The position numbers were made by a program, and so were the translations under genes. Below are positions 44,138-55,281 of a stretch of 64,000 nt of DNA, piece after piece. Origin of the DNA: Alkalisalibacterium limincola (GTDB lineage: Bacteria > Pseudomonadota > Gammaproteobacteria > Xanthomonadales > Xanthomonadaceae); assembly GCF_008017755.1 (NCBI RefSeq), contig NZ_VRTS01000007.1, positions 140,501 to 204,500 of the forward strand. Reading direction: 5' to 3'. The notes below the pieces were generated by a model that did no database searches, was not told where the DNA came from, and saw nothing but the letters and a program-made list of their open reading frames with translations. Each line of letters opens with the position of its first letter. The first letter of the stretch is position 1.

Positions 44138-47100
44138 ATGGCTGAGAAGACCCCCGACACCGATACCGCCGCCGAGTCCGGCGTGGTCGACCGCGCGGTC
44201 GCCGAGGGCGGCGCCTACGAGGTGCTGCAGCGGCGCTTGCTGGACCAGGGCGCGCGCCTGCGCGGGCTGGCCGAGTCGCTCAATGCCAAGCGCCTGGAGC
44301 AGTTCGGCAGCAGCCGCATGGAGGTGGCCGGCCGGGTTCGGGTGCGCACCGAGCACAACTGCGTGGCCCGCGACATCGTCCAGGTCGGCTCGATGCTGCT
44401 GTTCGGCTACAACGTCTTCATCGGTTTGAAGAAGGAAACCCGGGTCGAGGACGTCTTCTCGCTGTACCGCCTCGACGAGCGCGAGCAGGGTTACGAGGTG
44501 GTGCCGGTCGACCTGGCCGACAGCTTCCTGGCCGATCCGGGCTTCGTGCGCGACTTCAACGAGCTCTACGCCTACTACAAGAGCGCCCGCCTGCTGCAGC
44601 TCTCCAGCCGCGACGACCGGGTGTTCGCGGTGTTCCAGATCGGCGAGCGCATCAGCGACGTGCGCGTGTTCCGCTGGAACACCACGGGTGGCCAGGTGCG
44701 CTATGTCGACAACCGCGGCGAGCGCGATGTCGAACTGCCGGCCGCGTTCGACTTCGAGTGGACGCCGACCACCCGCGAGATGGTGGTCAACGGCCCGCAC
44801 CCGCACGTCAACATCCTCGACACCGTGTTCGTCGAGACGATCGGCGGGCAGCTGACGGTCAAGATCGAGAACAACACCCGCGACGGCCGCGGCATCTTCA
44901 GCGAGCCCGTCGACGACCAGACCCAGTCGCTCGACGACGCGCAGATCCAGTTCGCCCGCATCGGCGACCTGGTGCTGCTGAAGATCCGCCCCTACCGCGA
45001 GGAGCGCTGGCGCTACCTGGTCTACAACACGCTCACCCGCAGCGTGCAGCGCATCGACGCGATCGGTCAGGCCTGCATCCAGCTGCCCGAGGACCACGGC
45101 ATCATCTTCCCGGGCGGCTACTACCTGCCCAACGGCGACACCCGCGCGTTCGAGCAGTCGATGGAAGGCATGCGCTTCAAGCGCATGATCCGCTCGCCCA
45201 ACGGCGAGGACGTGCTCTACATCTTCTACGAGCCCGAGGGCGGGCGCACCGCGCTGTTCACCTACAACATGATCGAGCGCAGGCTGACCACGCCGATCTT
45301 CGGCCACGGCTGTGCGCGCCTGGACGACGGGCGCATGGTGATCTTCTCCAATGCGTCCGACGAGCCGACCCGCATCCACCCGATGCAGGTGTGGATCACG
45401 CCGTTCACCAGCGAGGAGTACGCGGCGGCGCAGCCGGCCGGCGAGGGCTTCATCGCGCGCATCGGCAACGCCGAGCTGGTGCGTGGCGTGTCCGACCTGC
45501 TCAGCCTGGCGCGCGAGATCGACGCCGAGGCGGTGTCGGTGCAGCGCTACGAGCTGCTGGTGCAGAACACGCGCCGGCTGTTCGACCTGCACCACTGGGT
45601 CGAGGACCGCGAGAGCAGCGACGTCGGCAAGCTGCTGCACGAGATCGCCGCGACCGGCGAGTCGGTGCTCGACGAGTTCGAGAAGGTCGAGGGCATTCGC
45701 GCCGAGTCGGCGCAGGCGATGGCGTCGGCCGAGGAACGGCACCGTGACCTGATGGCGCGTGCACAGCCCCGCGACTGGAAGTCGGTGGGCGAATTCGTCG
45801 CGATGCTCGATGAGCTCGCCGCACTGCGCGGCCACCTGCTGACGATCCGCGACTACCGCTATGTCGACGTCGAGCGCATCGACGCGATGGAGGCCGAGCT
45901 GCTCGAGGCGCACGAGCGCGTGGGCGTGGCCACCGGCGACTTCCTCGCCGGGCCCGACGCGCTGGCACCGTTCGGCGAGCGCCTGCAGGCACTCGACGAG
46001 GCCGCTTCCGAAGCCGACACCGCGGCACAGCTGCGCGAGCCGCTGGCCGGCATGGAGGCGATGTCGGGCGAGCTCGACACGCTGTCGGACTCATGGCCTC
46101 GCTGCGGGTGGAGGACGCGACGCAGCGCACCGCCATCGTCGAGGCGATCTCGGCGATCTACGCGCGGCTCAACCAGGCCAAGGCGCGGCTGGAGCAGCGT
46201 CGCCGCGGCATGGGCTCGGCCGAGCGCGTGGCCCAGTTCGGTGCCCAGTTCACGCTGTTCGGGCAAAGCATCACCGGGGCGCTGGCGATGGCCACCGACC
46301 CGGAGCGCTGCGACGAGCAGCTCTCGCGGTTGCTGGTGCAGCTCGAGGAGCTGGAAAGCCAGTTCGGCGAATACGAGCAGTTCCTCGGCGACATCCTGGC
46401 CAAGCGCGAGGAGCTGCTGGAGACCTTCGACGCGCACCGCCAGGCGCTGGTCGACGACCGCCAGCGCCGAGCCCACGCCGTGGGCGACGCGGCGATGCGC
46501 ATCCTGGAAGGCCTGGGCCGGCGTACCGCGCGGCTGCAGGATCCCGACGCGCTCAACGCGTTCTTTGCCGGCGACCCGCTGATCGTCAAGCTGCGCGAGC
46601 TGGCCGGCCGGCTGCGCGAGCTGCACGACAACGTGCGTGCCGACGATGTCGAGGCGCGTCTCAAGGCGGCCCGTGATTCCGCGGTGCGCGGCCAGCGCGA
46701 CCGCAGCGAGCTGTTCGAGGACGGTGGCAACATCATCCGCCTGGGTCCCCGCCACCGCTTCACGGTCAACACCCAGGAACTCGACCTGACCATCCTGCCG
46801 CGTGGCGACGGGCTGAGCGTGCACCTGACCGGCACCGACTACTTCGAACCGATCCGCGACGAGGCACTGGAGTCGCTTCGCCCCTATTGGCAGGTTTCGC
46901 TGGAGTCCGAATCACCGCAGATCTATCGCGCCGAATACCTGGCCGCGCGCATGCTGGAGGCGGCACGCGCGAATCGCGACGAGCTCGACATGGATCGCCT
47001 GCGCGAACTGGTCAAGCAGCCCGAGGCACTGGACCGGGCGATCCGCGACTTCGCCGCGCCGCGCTACCGCGAAGGCTACGAGCGCGGCATCCACGACCAC

Positions 47101-49428
47101 GACGCCGCGCGCATCCTGCAGGCGCTGGTGCCGATGCACGAGAGTGCGGGGACCCTGGCGCATGCGCCACAGGTGCGCGCACTGGCGGTGCTGTTCTGGT
47201 CGGAGCGGGCCGAGCAGGCACCGGCCGCGGGCTGGCCGGGGAGGGCGCGCACCGCCAGCGACATCCAGCGCCTGTTGGGAAGCGGAGCGGGGCTGGAATC
47301 GCTGCGCATCGAGGTGGCCGCGACCCTCGAGGACTTCATCGCGATGCACGCGCTGCCGCTGGAGCCCACGCTGGCGCCGCGGGCGGCGACCTACCTGGTG
47401 GCCGAGCTGGCCGCCGAGCACGCCCGCTTCGCATCGAGCCAGTACGCGCGACGGCTGCTCGATGGCTTGCGCGGGAAGCTGGAGGCGGCACATGCCTGGG
47501 ACGGCTTCATCGCCTCGCTCGATGCCCTTGGCGACCGACTGGCCGCGCGCTGGCAGCTCGCCCACGACTGGCTGGGCGCGCTGGTGGCCGAGCCGGATTT
47601 CCAGGCGCTGGCCGACTACGTGCCCGAAGCCGCGGCACGGCTGGTGGCCCGGGGCGACTTCCCCTGGCGCGACGAGTCCGCCGACCTGCGCGTGCAGGTC
47701 GAAGGATTGCTGGGCGACCACGCGCGCATCGCCGGGGGCGGCCTCGTCATCGGCGTGGACGAGTTCGCCGAGCGCATGGCCGCGCACGAGGTCTTCGTCG
47801 AGGGCGTGCGCGCGTTCCAGGCGCTGCGCCAGCAGGTGGTGGCGCGCGAGCGCGAGGCGATGCGGCTGGAGGAGTTCAAGCCGCGCCCGCTGACCTCGTT
47901 CGTGCGCAACAAGCTGATCAACGACGCCTACCTGCCGGTGATCGGCGACAACCTGGCCAAGCAGATGGGCGCCGCCGGCGACGACCGCCGCAGCGACCTG
48001 TCGGGCCTGCTGATGATGATCTCGCCGCCGGGCTACGGAAAGACCACGTTGATGGAGTACGTGGCGCACCGGCTCGGCCTGATCTTCATGAAGATCAACG
48101 GCCCCTCGCTGGGCCACGAGGTGCGTTCGCTCGACCCGGCCCAGGCGCCGGACGCGACCTCGCGCCAGGAACTGGAGAAGCTCAACCTGGCCCTGGAGAT
48201 GGGCAACAACGTGATGCTGTACGTGGATGACATCCAGCACACGCACCCGGAATTCCTGCAGAAGTTCATTTCCCTGTGCGACGGCACCCGCCGCATCGAG
48301 GGCGTGTGGCGCGGGCGCACCCGCACCTACGACATGCGCGGCAAGAAGTTCTGCGTGGTCATGGCCGGCAACCCGTACACCGAGTCCGGAGAGGTGTTCA
48401 AGATTCCCGACATGCTGGCCAACCGCGCCGATGTCTACAACCTCGGCGACGTGCTCGGCGGCATGGAGGAGGCGTTCACGCTGAGCTACATCGAGAACAG
48501 CCTGACCTCTAACCCGGTGCTGGCGCCGCTGGCCACGCGCGACCTGGGCGACGTCTATCGCTTCGTCGACAAGGCGCGCGGGCGCGAGGTGTCGGCCAAT
48601 GCGTTCAGCCACGCCTACAGCGCGGCGGAGACCGCCGAGATCGTCGGCACGCTCAAGCGCGTGATCCAGCTGCGCGACGTGGTCTACCGGGTCAACCAGC
48701 AGTACATCGCCAGCGCCGCCCAGGCCGAGGCCTACCGCACCGAGCCGCCGTTCCGGCTGCAGGGCAGCTACCGCAACATGAACCGCCTGGCCGAAAAGGC
48801 CTCGCCGGTGATGAACGACCAGGAGATGCAGCAGCTCCTCCACGACCACTACATCGGCGAGGCGCAGATGCTGACCGCCGGCGCCGAGGAGAACCTGTTG
48901 AAGCTGGCCGAGCTGCGCGGCGTCATGACGACCGAGCAGCAGGCTCGATGGGACTCGATCAAGCGCGACTTCATGCGCAACCGGGCCATGGGCGGCGCCG
49001 ACAGCGATGTCGGTGGGCGCGTGGTGGGCCAGTTGAGCGATCTGGTGGAAGGCGTGCGCGCGCTCAAGGAGTTGCGGGGTGGCACGGAGGCGGCCGACCC
49101 CGGGGCGACGGTGGCGCCGCTGGTGGCGGCCCTGGAGGCGATTGCCCAGCGCATGCAGCCGGCCGCGGAAGAGAGCGGGGCGGCGAAGGCGGCCTCGATC
49201 GTCGCGCGCGGCGTGCACTCCGGGATCCGTGAGGCGCTCTCGCCGCTGGCCACCTCGCTCGACGACCGCCTGGAGGTGTACGAGCTGATGACGAAGGTCG
49301 TCGCCAACCTGCGCGAAACCCCTGCGCGCGGCGGTGCCCGCCGGAGCCAGCGGGAAATCGAGCTCGACGAGGCGCTGGAGGCGTTCTCCAAGCGGCTGCG
49401 CGAGCGCTCCGGCCCCGGCGGGTCCTGA
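44138..49428 (+). CDS. very large uncharacterized protein with AAA_5/MoxR-type ATPase domain (two ORFs joined by a probable frameshift near 46085-46095; ~1,760 aa)
   Basis: Walker A (ISPPGYGKTTLMEY), Walker B (VMLYVDDIQH), sensor-1-like (VVMAGNPYT) in second ORF; first ORF (to ~46090) ends in Arg/Ser-rich nonsense while the +1 frame starts MASLRVEDATQRTAIVEAI... 2 nt later. Confidence 0.65.
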
Positions 49429-49571
49429 GGGGCGGATCCTCACGCCGCATTGTTGCGGCAGATGGGACGATCCGTTGTTGTAGGCCCGGATGAATCGAGC
49501 GGTGCAACGACGTAGACTGCCCGCCTCGATGCGCCGTCCGGGCGCCCAATGCACACGAGGGAGTTGCAACG

Positions 49572-50171
49572 ATGTCCAAGTTCGACAAGCCGCTCGATGG
49601 CGCCGCGTTCGACCAGATCTTCCGCCAGGCGCGCACGTACAACCAGTTCGCCGACCGCCCGGTCGAGGATTCCGTGCTGCGCGAGCTCTACGACCTGATG
49701 AAGTGGGGTCCGACCAGCGCCAACATGTCGCCGACACGGCTGGTGTTCGTGAAGTCGGCCGAGGCCAAGAAGAAGCTGGAGCCGGTCCTGGACGAGGGCA
49801 ATCGCGAGAAGACGATGAAGGCCCCGGTGACGGCGATCGTCGGCTACGACATGGAGTTCTACGAGAAGCTGCCGTTCCTGTTCCCGCACACCGACGCGCG
49901 CAGCTGGTTCGCCGGCAAGTCCGACGAGCAGCTCGAGCCCGCGGCGCTGCGCAACAGCTCGCTGCAGGGCGCCTACCTGATCATCGCCGCGCGCGCGCTG
50001 GGCCTGGATTGCGGCCCGATGTCGGGCTTCGACAACGCCAAGCTCGACGAAGCCTTCTTCGCCGGCACCCGCGTGCGTTCGAACTTCATCATCAACCTCG
50101 GCTACGGCCAGGAGGACCTGTTCCCGCGCAGCCCGCGGCTGGCCTTCGACGAAGCCGCCCGCATCGCCTGA
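49572..50171 (+). CDS. nitroreductase-family protein (RutE/YdjA-like putative malonic semialdehyde reductase)
   Basis: 199 aa; ...[21 protein letters not shown]... Confidence 0.75.
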   Translation: MSKFDKPLDGAAFDQIFRQARTYNQFADRPVEDSVLRELYDLMKWGPTSANMSPTRLVFVKSAEAKKKLEPVLDEGNREKTMKAPVTAIVGYDMEFYEKLPFLFPHTDARSWFAGKSDEQLEPAALRNSSLQGAYLIIAARALGLDCGPMSGFDNAKLDEAFFAGTRVRSNFIINLGYGQEDLFPRSPRLAFDEAARIA

Positions 50172-50198
50172 CCCACCCCCGCACAAGGAGCCACCCGA

Positions 50199-50779
50199 TG
50201 AAGCACGTTGCCCTCGCCAGCGCACTGGCCCTGGCCGCCTCCGCCCTCGCCCCGGCCCATGCGGCCGAGAAGTGGGAGTTCGACAAGGCCCACACCCAGG
50301 TGCTGTTCGTCGTGAACCACCTCGGCTTCACCGACCTGACCGGCCAGTTCCGCGTGGTCGATGGCGAGCTGATGCTTGATCGCGAGAACCTGGCGAACTC
50401 CTCGGTCACCGCGACGTTGAAGGCCGAAAGCGTCGACATGAACCACGACGGCATCGACCGCCACCTGAAGAACGAGGATTTCTTCTACGTGGAGCAGTAC
50501 CCGGAGCTGACCTTCCGCAGCACCTCGGTGACCGTGGTCGACGAGGGCACGTTGAAGATGGACGGCGAGCTGGAGATGATCGGCCAGACCCTGCCGGTGT
50601 CGCTGGACGTGACCATCAACAACATCGGCGCACATCCGATGAGCGGCAAACCGCATGCGGGCTTCACCGCCACCGGCTCGCTCAAGCGCACCGACTGGGG
50701 CATGGACTACGCCGCCCCGGCCGTGGGCGACGAGGTGTCGATCCGCATCAACCTCGAGGCCCGGCCCGCCTCGGATTAA
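50199..50779 (+). CDS. YceI-family periplasmic protein
   Basis: Signal peptide MKHVALASALALAASALAPAHA; KAHTQVLFVVNHLGFTDLTGQF... YceI signature; AAGGA RBS. Confidence 0.85.
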
Positions 50780-50845
50780 AATGGCGACCAGCGCCGCCGC
50801 CGATCCGGCGGTGCCCGGCCCGCGCCTGCACCGGAAGCTGCAACG

Positions 50846-51550
50846 ATGATCCAGATTCGCCGCTCGAGCGAGCGTGGCCGGGTCCGCCTGGGCTGGCTCG
50901 ACTCGCGCCACACGTTCTCCTTCGGCCACTACTACGACCCGGCCTGGATGGGCTTCGGGCCGCTGCGGGTGATAAACCAGGACCGGGTCGACCCCGGCGC
51001 GGGCTTCCCGACCCACGGCCACGCCAACATGGAGATCCTCTCGATCGTACTGTCCGGCGCGCTGGAGCACCGCGACTCCACCGGCGGTGGTGGGGTGATC
51101 CGGCCCGGCGAGCTGCAGCTGATGTCGGCCGGCCATGGTGTCGAACACAGCGAGTACAACGCCTCGAAGGACGAGCCGGTCGAGTTCCTGCAGGTGTGGA
51201 TCCAGCCCGACCGGGTGAACGCGCCGCCGCGCTATGCCCAGGCCGCCTTCGGTGCCGGGCAACGCGAGGGACGCCTGTGCCTGATCGCTTCGCCCGACGG
51301 CGCGGAGGGTTCGTTGCTGCTGCGGCAGCAGGCGCGGGTGTTGCGTGGCCACCTGCGCCCGGGCGAACCGGTCACCCACGCGCTGGCGGCCGGGCGGCGC
51401 GCCTGGATCCAGCTCATCGGTGGCGAACTGGACCTGGCCGGCGAGCAGCTCGAGGCCGGCGACGGGGCCGGCATCAGTGGCGTGGAATCCTTCGATCTGC
51501 TGGCACGGGGCGACGCCCAGGCCGACGTCCTGGTGTTCGACCTGCCCTGA
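50846..51550 (+). CDS. pirin-family protein
   Basis: GFPTHGHANMEILSIVLSGALEH...SAGHGVEHSEYN cupin motifs. Confidence 0.85.
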   Translation: MIQIRRSSERGRVRLGWLDSRHTFSFGHYYDPAWMGFGPLRVINQDRVDPGAGFPTHGHANMEILSIVLSGALEHRDSTGGGGVIRPGELQLMSAGHGVEHSEYNASKDEPVEFLQVWIQPDRVNAPPRYAQAAFGAGQREGRLCLIASPDGAEGSLLLRQQARVLRGHLRPGEPVTHALAAGRRAWIQLIGGELDLAGEQLEAGDGAGISGVESFDLLARGDAQADVLVFDLP

Positions 51551-51636
51551 TCGTGCCGGTGGCCGCAGCGCGTGAATCGCGCCTGGACTGCGGCCCGGAT
51601 ACACTAGCCACCCCCCTCGACACCGCAGCGCCTGCC

Positions 51637-51850
51637 ATGACCGAGCCCACGCCGCAGACCACCCCCCCCGGCCACGCCGGCCAGCGCCGCGCGTCGCCAC
51701 GAGGTGCGACGGGCCGACCTGCCGCTGAGTTGTCCGCAGCCTTCGATGGCGCTGTGGAACTCGCACCCGCGTGTCTACCTGCCGATCGTGGATGAGGGCG
51801 GCCAGAGCGACTGCCCCTACTGCGGTGCCCAGTACGTGCTGGTCGATTGA
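51637..51850 (+). CDS. small zinc-finger (zf-CHCC-like) protein; frame interrupted in C8 run 51662-51669
   Basis: C-terminal ...DLPLSCPQPSMALWNSHPRVYLPIVDEGGQSDCPYCGAQYVLVD; ATG 51637 (MTEPTPQTTPP) joins this frame if the C8 run is off by one. Confidence 0.55.
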
Positions 51851-51887
51851 ACCGCAGCGGCCCGACGTGAGCCGTCCGGCCAACGCC

Positions 51888-53021
51888 ATGCCCGACGCCG
51901 CGTCGACCGGTCGCCGCCTGTGCGTGGTCCAGCTCCTGCCCGCGCTGGAGTCCGGCGGGGTGGAGCGATCGACGATCGAGATCGCGCAGGCGCTGGTGCA
52001 GGCCGGCCACCGGGCGATCGTGGTGTCGGCGGGTGGCCGGCTGCTGCCGCTGTTGCGCGAGGCCGGGGCCGAGCACGTGGCGCTCGACATCGGCCGCAAG
52101 TCGCTGCTCACCCTTCGCCATGCACTTGCGTTGCGGCGGCTTTTCGAACGCGAGCGACCCGACATCGTCCATGCCCGCTCCCGGCTGCCGGCCTGGCTGG
52201 GCGCCTGGGCCCTGCGGCGCATGCCACCGCCGCGTCCCCGCTGGGTGACCACCGCGCACGGCCTCAACTCGCCCGGGCGCTACAGCCGCATCATGGCCAG
52301 CGGAGAGCGCGTGGTCTGCGTCTCCGGGACGGTGCGGGACTATCTGCTCGCGCACTACCCCGACCTGGATCCGGCGCGGTTGGTGGTGGTGCCCCGCGGC
52401 ATCGATCCGGCCGTTTTCCATCCCGACCCGCGACCTGCCACCGAGGTCCGACAGGCCCTGGCCACGGAGTATCCCGGGCTGGCCGGGGCAGGGCCGCTGC
52501 TGCTGATGCCCGGCCGGGGCACGCGCATCAAGGGGCACGCCGACGGCATCGACCTGTTGGCGAGCCTGCACGCGGCGGGCTGTCCCGCCCGCCTGTGGCT
52601 GCTGGGTGCACAAGCTGCCGGGCGCGAGGCCTACCTGGGCGAACTGCGCCAGCGCGCCGCTGCCGCGGGAGTGGCCGATGCCCTGCTGGTCACGCCACCG
52701 CGCAACGACATCCGCAGCGCCTATGCCGCCGCCGACCTGGTGCTGCAGCTCTCGCGCAAGCCCGAGGCTTTCGGTCGCACGGTGCTCGAGGCACTGGCGA
52801 TGGGGCGTCCGGTGCTGGGCTGGGACCACGGCGGGGTCGGTGAACTCCTGGCCCGCCTGTACCCGGCCGGCCGGGTCGCGCTGGGTGACATGGCTGCGCT
52901 GGCGGGAACCGCCCGGGCCCTGCTCGACGCGCCATCGCCGACACTTCCGGCAATTCCGTTTACCCTGAGGGCCATGCAGGACGCGACGCTTTCACTTTAT
53001 GACCAGCTCATCCACGCCTGA
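51888..53021 (+). CDS. glycosyltransferase family 4 (LPS core biosynthesis candidate)
   Basis: GT-B N-terminal (LESGGVERSTIEIAQAL) and C-terminal (EAFGRTVLEALAMGRPVLGWDHGGVGEL) motifs. Confidence 0.75.
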   Translation: MPDAASTGRRLCVVQLLPALESGGVERSTIEIAQALVQAGHRAIVVSAGGRLLPLLREAGAEHVALDIGRKSLLTLRHALALRRLFERERPDIVHARSRLPAWLGAWALRRMPPPRPRWVTTAHGLNSPGRYSRIMASGERVVCVSGTVRDYLLAHYPDLDPARLVVVPRGIDPAVFHPDPRPATEVRQALATEYPGLAGAGPLLLMPGRGTRIKGHADGIDLLASLHAAGCPARLWLLGAQAAGREAYLGELRQRAAAAGVADALLVTPPRNDIRSAYAAADLVLQLSRKPEAFGRTVLEALAMGRPVLGWDHGGVGELLARLYPAGRVALGDMAALAGTARALLDAPSPTLPAIPFTLRAMQDATLSLYDQLIHA

Positions 53022-54329
53022 GGCCGCGGTGGCGGCACCGACCCTCACGACATTCCGCTGGGCCCCGTGGTGGGTGTTGCTGCAGGTGGCCTTGTGGCCG
53101 GCGCCCGGCATCGCCGAAGGCGTGCTCACGCTGGGCGCGCTGGTGGCGATCTTCATGCTGCTCAAGCAGCGCTTCCGCGGGGGTGGCCGCCTGCTGACCG
53201 CCGAGGCCTGGGCGTTGAGCACGGCGATGTTCCTGGCCTACTGGCTGCCGCAGCTGTTCTCGACCTGGGATGCGGTGAACCTGCCGCGCACGATGCGCGA
53301 AGTGGTCGTCGACCTGCGATACCTGCCGTTCCTGTGGCTGGTGGCAATGGCGGTGGCCGACCCGCGCGGCCGCCGCCTGACCTTCGGCGGCATCGGCGTG
53401 ATCATCCTGCTGTGGCTGGCCGACGGGCTGGTGCAGGCGGCCACCGGCTGGAGCCTCGGCGGGGCCTCCCACGCCGATCGCCTGTCGGGCATCTTCGGGG
53501 ATTCCAACCTCAAGCTCGGACTGGTCATGGCCAGCCTGTCGCCGTTCGCCCTGGTGCTCGCCGCGCGCCGCTTCGGCGTGCTCGGCTGGGCCATGGTGGC
53601 CGCGGGGCTGGTCATCGTCGTACTGCTGGCCGGGGCGCGGGCGTCCTGGCTGACGCTGGCGCTGTCGCTGCTGTTCACCGGGGTCTGGGTGATGGGGGTG
53701 AAGCGGGCGCTGCTGGTGGTGGCCCTGGGCAGCGTCGTGCTGGTGGGTACGGCGACCCTGCTCTCGGACCGGATGGGGCAGCGCGTGGAGCGCACCCAGG
53801 CGGCCTTGTCGGGGGATGCCGAGGGCGTGGATTTCGCCCTGTCCGGGCGCCTGCCGATCTGGCGCACGGCCTGGGCGATGGCGCAGGACAACTGGTTGAC
53901 CGGGGTCGGCTCGCGCGGCTTCCGCGACGCCTATGGCGACTACGCCGAAGCCGACGACCCGTGGATGCAGGGCGAGTGGGAGGGGGCCTTCCATGCGCAC
54001 CAGCTGGTGCTGGAACTGCTCAGTGAAACCGGCGTCATAGGACTGTTGTTGTGGCTGGTCGCTGCGGCGATGGTGCTGCGTGCCTGGCGCTGGGCCGGGC
54101 CCGAGGCGCGCATGGCCAGTCGGTGCCGGCCCTGGCGCTGGCCATCACGCTGTTTCCGATCAACACCCACCTGGCCTTCTATTCGACCTTCTGGGGCGGT
54201 CTGGCCCTGTTGCTGGCCGCGCTGTGCGTGGGCAGCCTGGGGGCGGCCAAGCACGAGCGCAACGAGGAAACGCTGGCGGACCCGGCCGGGGAAGCCGAAG
54301 CGCCCGGCGAGGTCGGGCCGCGTCAGTAG
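52999..54329 (+). CDS. O-antigen ligase (WaaL/Wzy_C) family membrane protein (frameshift near 54100-54120)
   Basis: Polytopic membrane protein with large periplasmic loop (…RLPIWRTAWAMAQDNWLTGVGSRGF…); C-terminal TM segments in ORF 54051-54329. Confidence 0.7.
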
Positions 54330-55253
54330 ATCGGAGGTTCGCCGGGTGGGCGGCGCTTGAAGCGTCGGTGGATCCACAGGTACTGCGACGGGGTCTCGCG
54401 CACCATCGCCTCGATCGCCGCGTTGACCCGGCGGCTGTCCTCGACCGGGTCGGCCGAGGGGAAATCCTCCAGCGGAGCACCCAGCCGCAGCACGTAACGG
54501 CCGCCCTCGCGGCGGTGGAAGAACGGCACGACCGCGCAGCCGGTCATGCGGGCCAGCTGGTGGGTGGCGGTGATGGTCGAGGCGGGGATGCCGAAGAACG
54601 GCGCGAACACCGTGTCCTTGCCGCGCATGTCCTGGTCGGGCGCGTACCACAGCACGCCGCCGGCGCGCAGGTGCTTGACCGTGGCGCGCACCTCCTCCTG
54701 ACGGAACATCGCGTGGGCGTAGCGCAGGCGCCCGGCGCGCACCGCCCATTCCATCACCTCGCCGTCGTGGCGCCGGTACAGGCCGGCCACGGGCAGATGG
54801 CGGCACAGCATGCGGCCGCAGACCTCGAGCGTGGTGAAGTGGCCGGAGACCAGCAGCACGCCGCGGCCGGAGGCGACCAGTTCGCGTATCGCCTCGACGC
54901 CCTCGATGCGCACCCCGCGCTCCAGCGGGGGCGATCGATCCCCACCAGGCGCGCATGAATTCGAATGCGCCGATCCCAAGCGCCTGGAAGTGCTCGAGCA
55001 ACAGCGATTCACGGGCCGCCTCGTCGAGTTCCGGCAGGCACAGGGCGAGGTTGCGACGCGCAGCCCGACGGCGCGACCGCGCGGCCCGGATGAGCACGTG
55101 CCCCAGGCCGCGGCCGATCGCGCGCTGCAGGGGCCAGGGAATGCGGGCCAGCAGCCACAGCAGCCCGACCCCGAGCCAGCCTGGCCAGGTCCTGGGGTGG
55201 GTCGGTGCGCGAAGCGGGGCGCCCTGGGGTATCGAGGTGTCTGCCATCGCCAC
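54323..55253 (-). CDS. lpxL: lipid A biosynthesis lauroyl/myristoyl acyltransferase (frameshift near 54935-54955)
   Basis: N-terminal TM and LpxL motifs in ORF 53940-55253 (…LEHFQALGIGAFEFMRAWWGS), remainder (GVLLVSGHFTTLE...) in ORF 54323-55012. Confidence 0.8.
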
Positions 55254-55281
55254 GATTCTAGCGGGCGGTTATGCTTTGGAC

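Noticed and set aside
42050-45913. 1287-aa minus-strand ORF
   Set aside because: Mirror of the flotillin charged coiled coil and the giant ATPase N-terminus. Leu/Ala/Arg-rich with no domains.
49497-49572. Repeated TGCAACGATG motif before the rutE-like start (also before the pirin start at 50836-50848)
   Set aside because: Only two short copies, each including the start codon. Probably coincidence rather than a shared regulatory element.
46912-49737. 941-aa minus-strand ORF and 60415..63174 919-aa minus-strand ORF
   Set aside because: Antisense to the AAA_5 ATPase and to the RND permease respectively. Low-complexity shadow ORFs.
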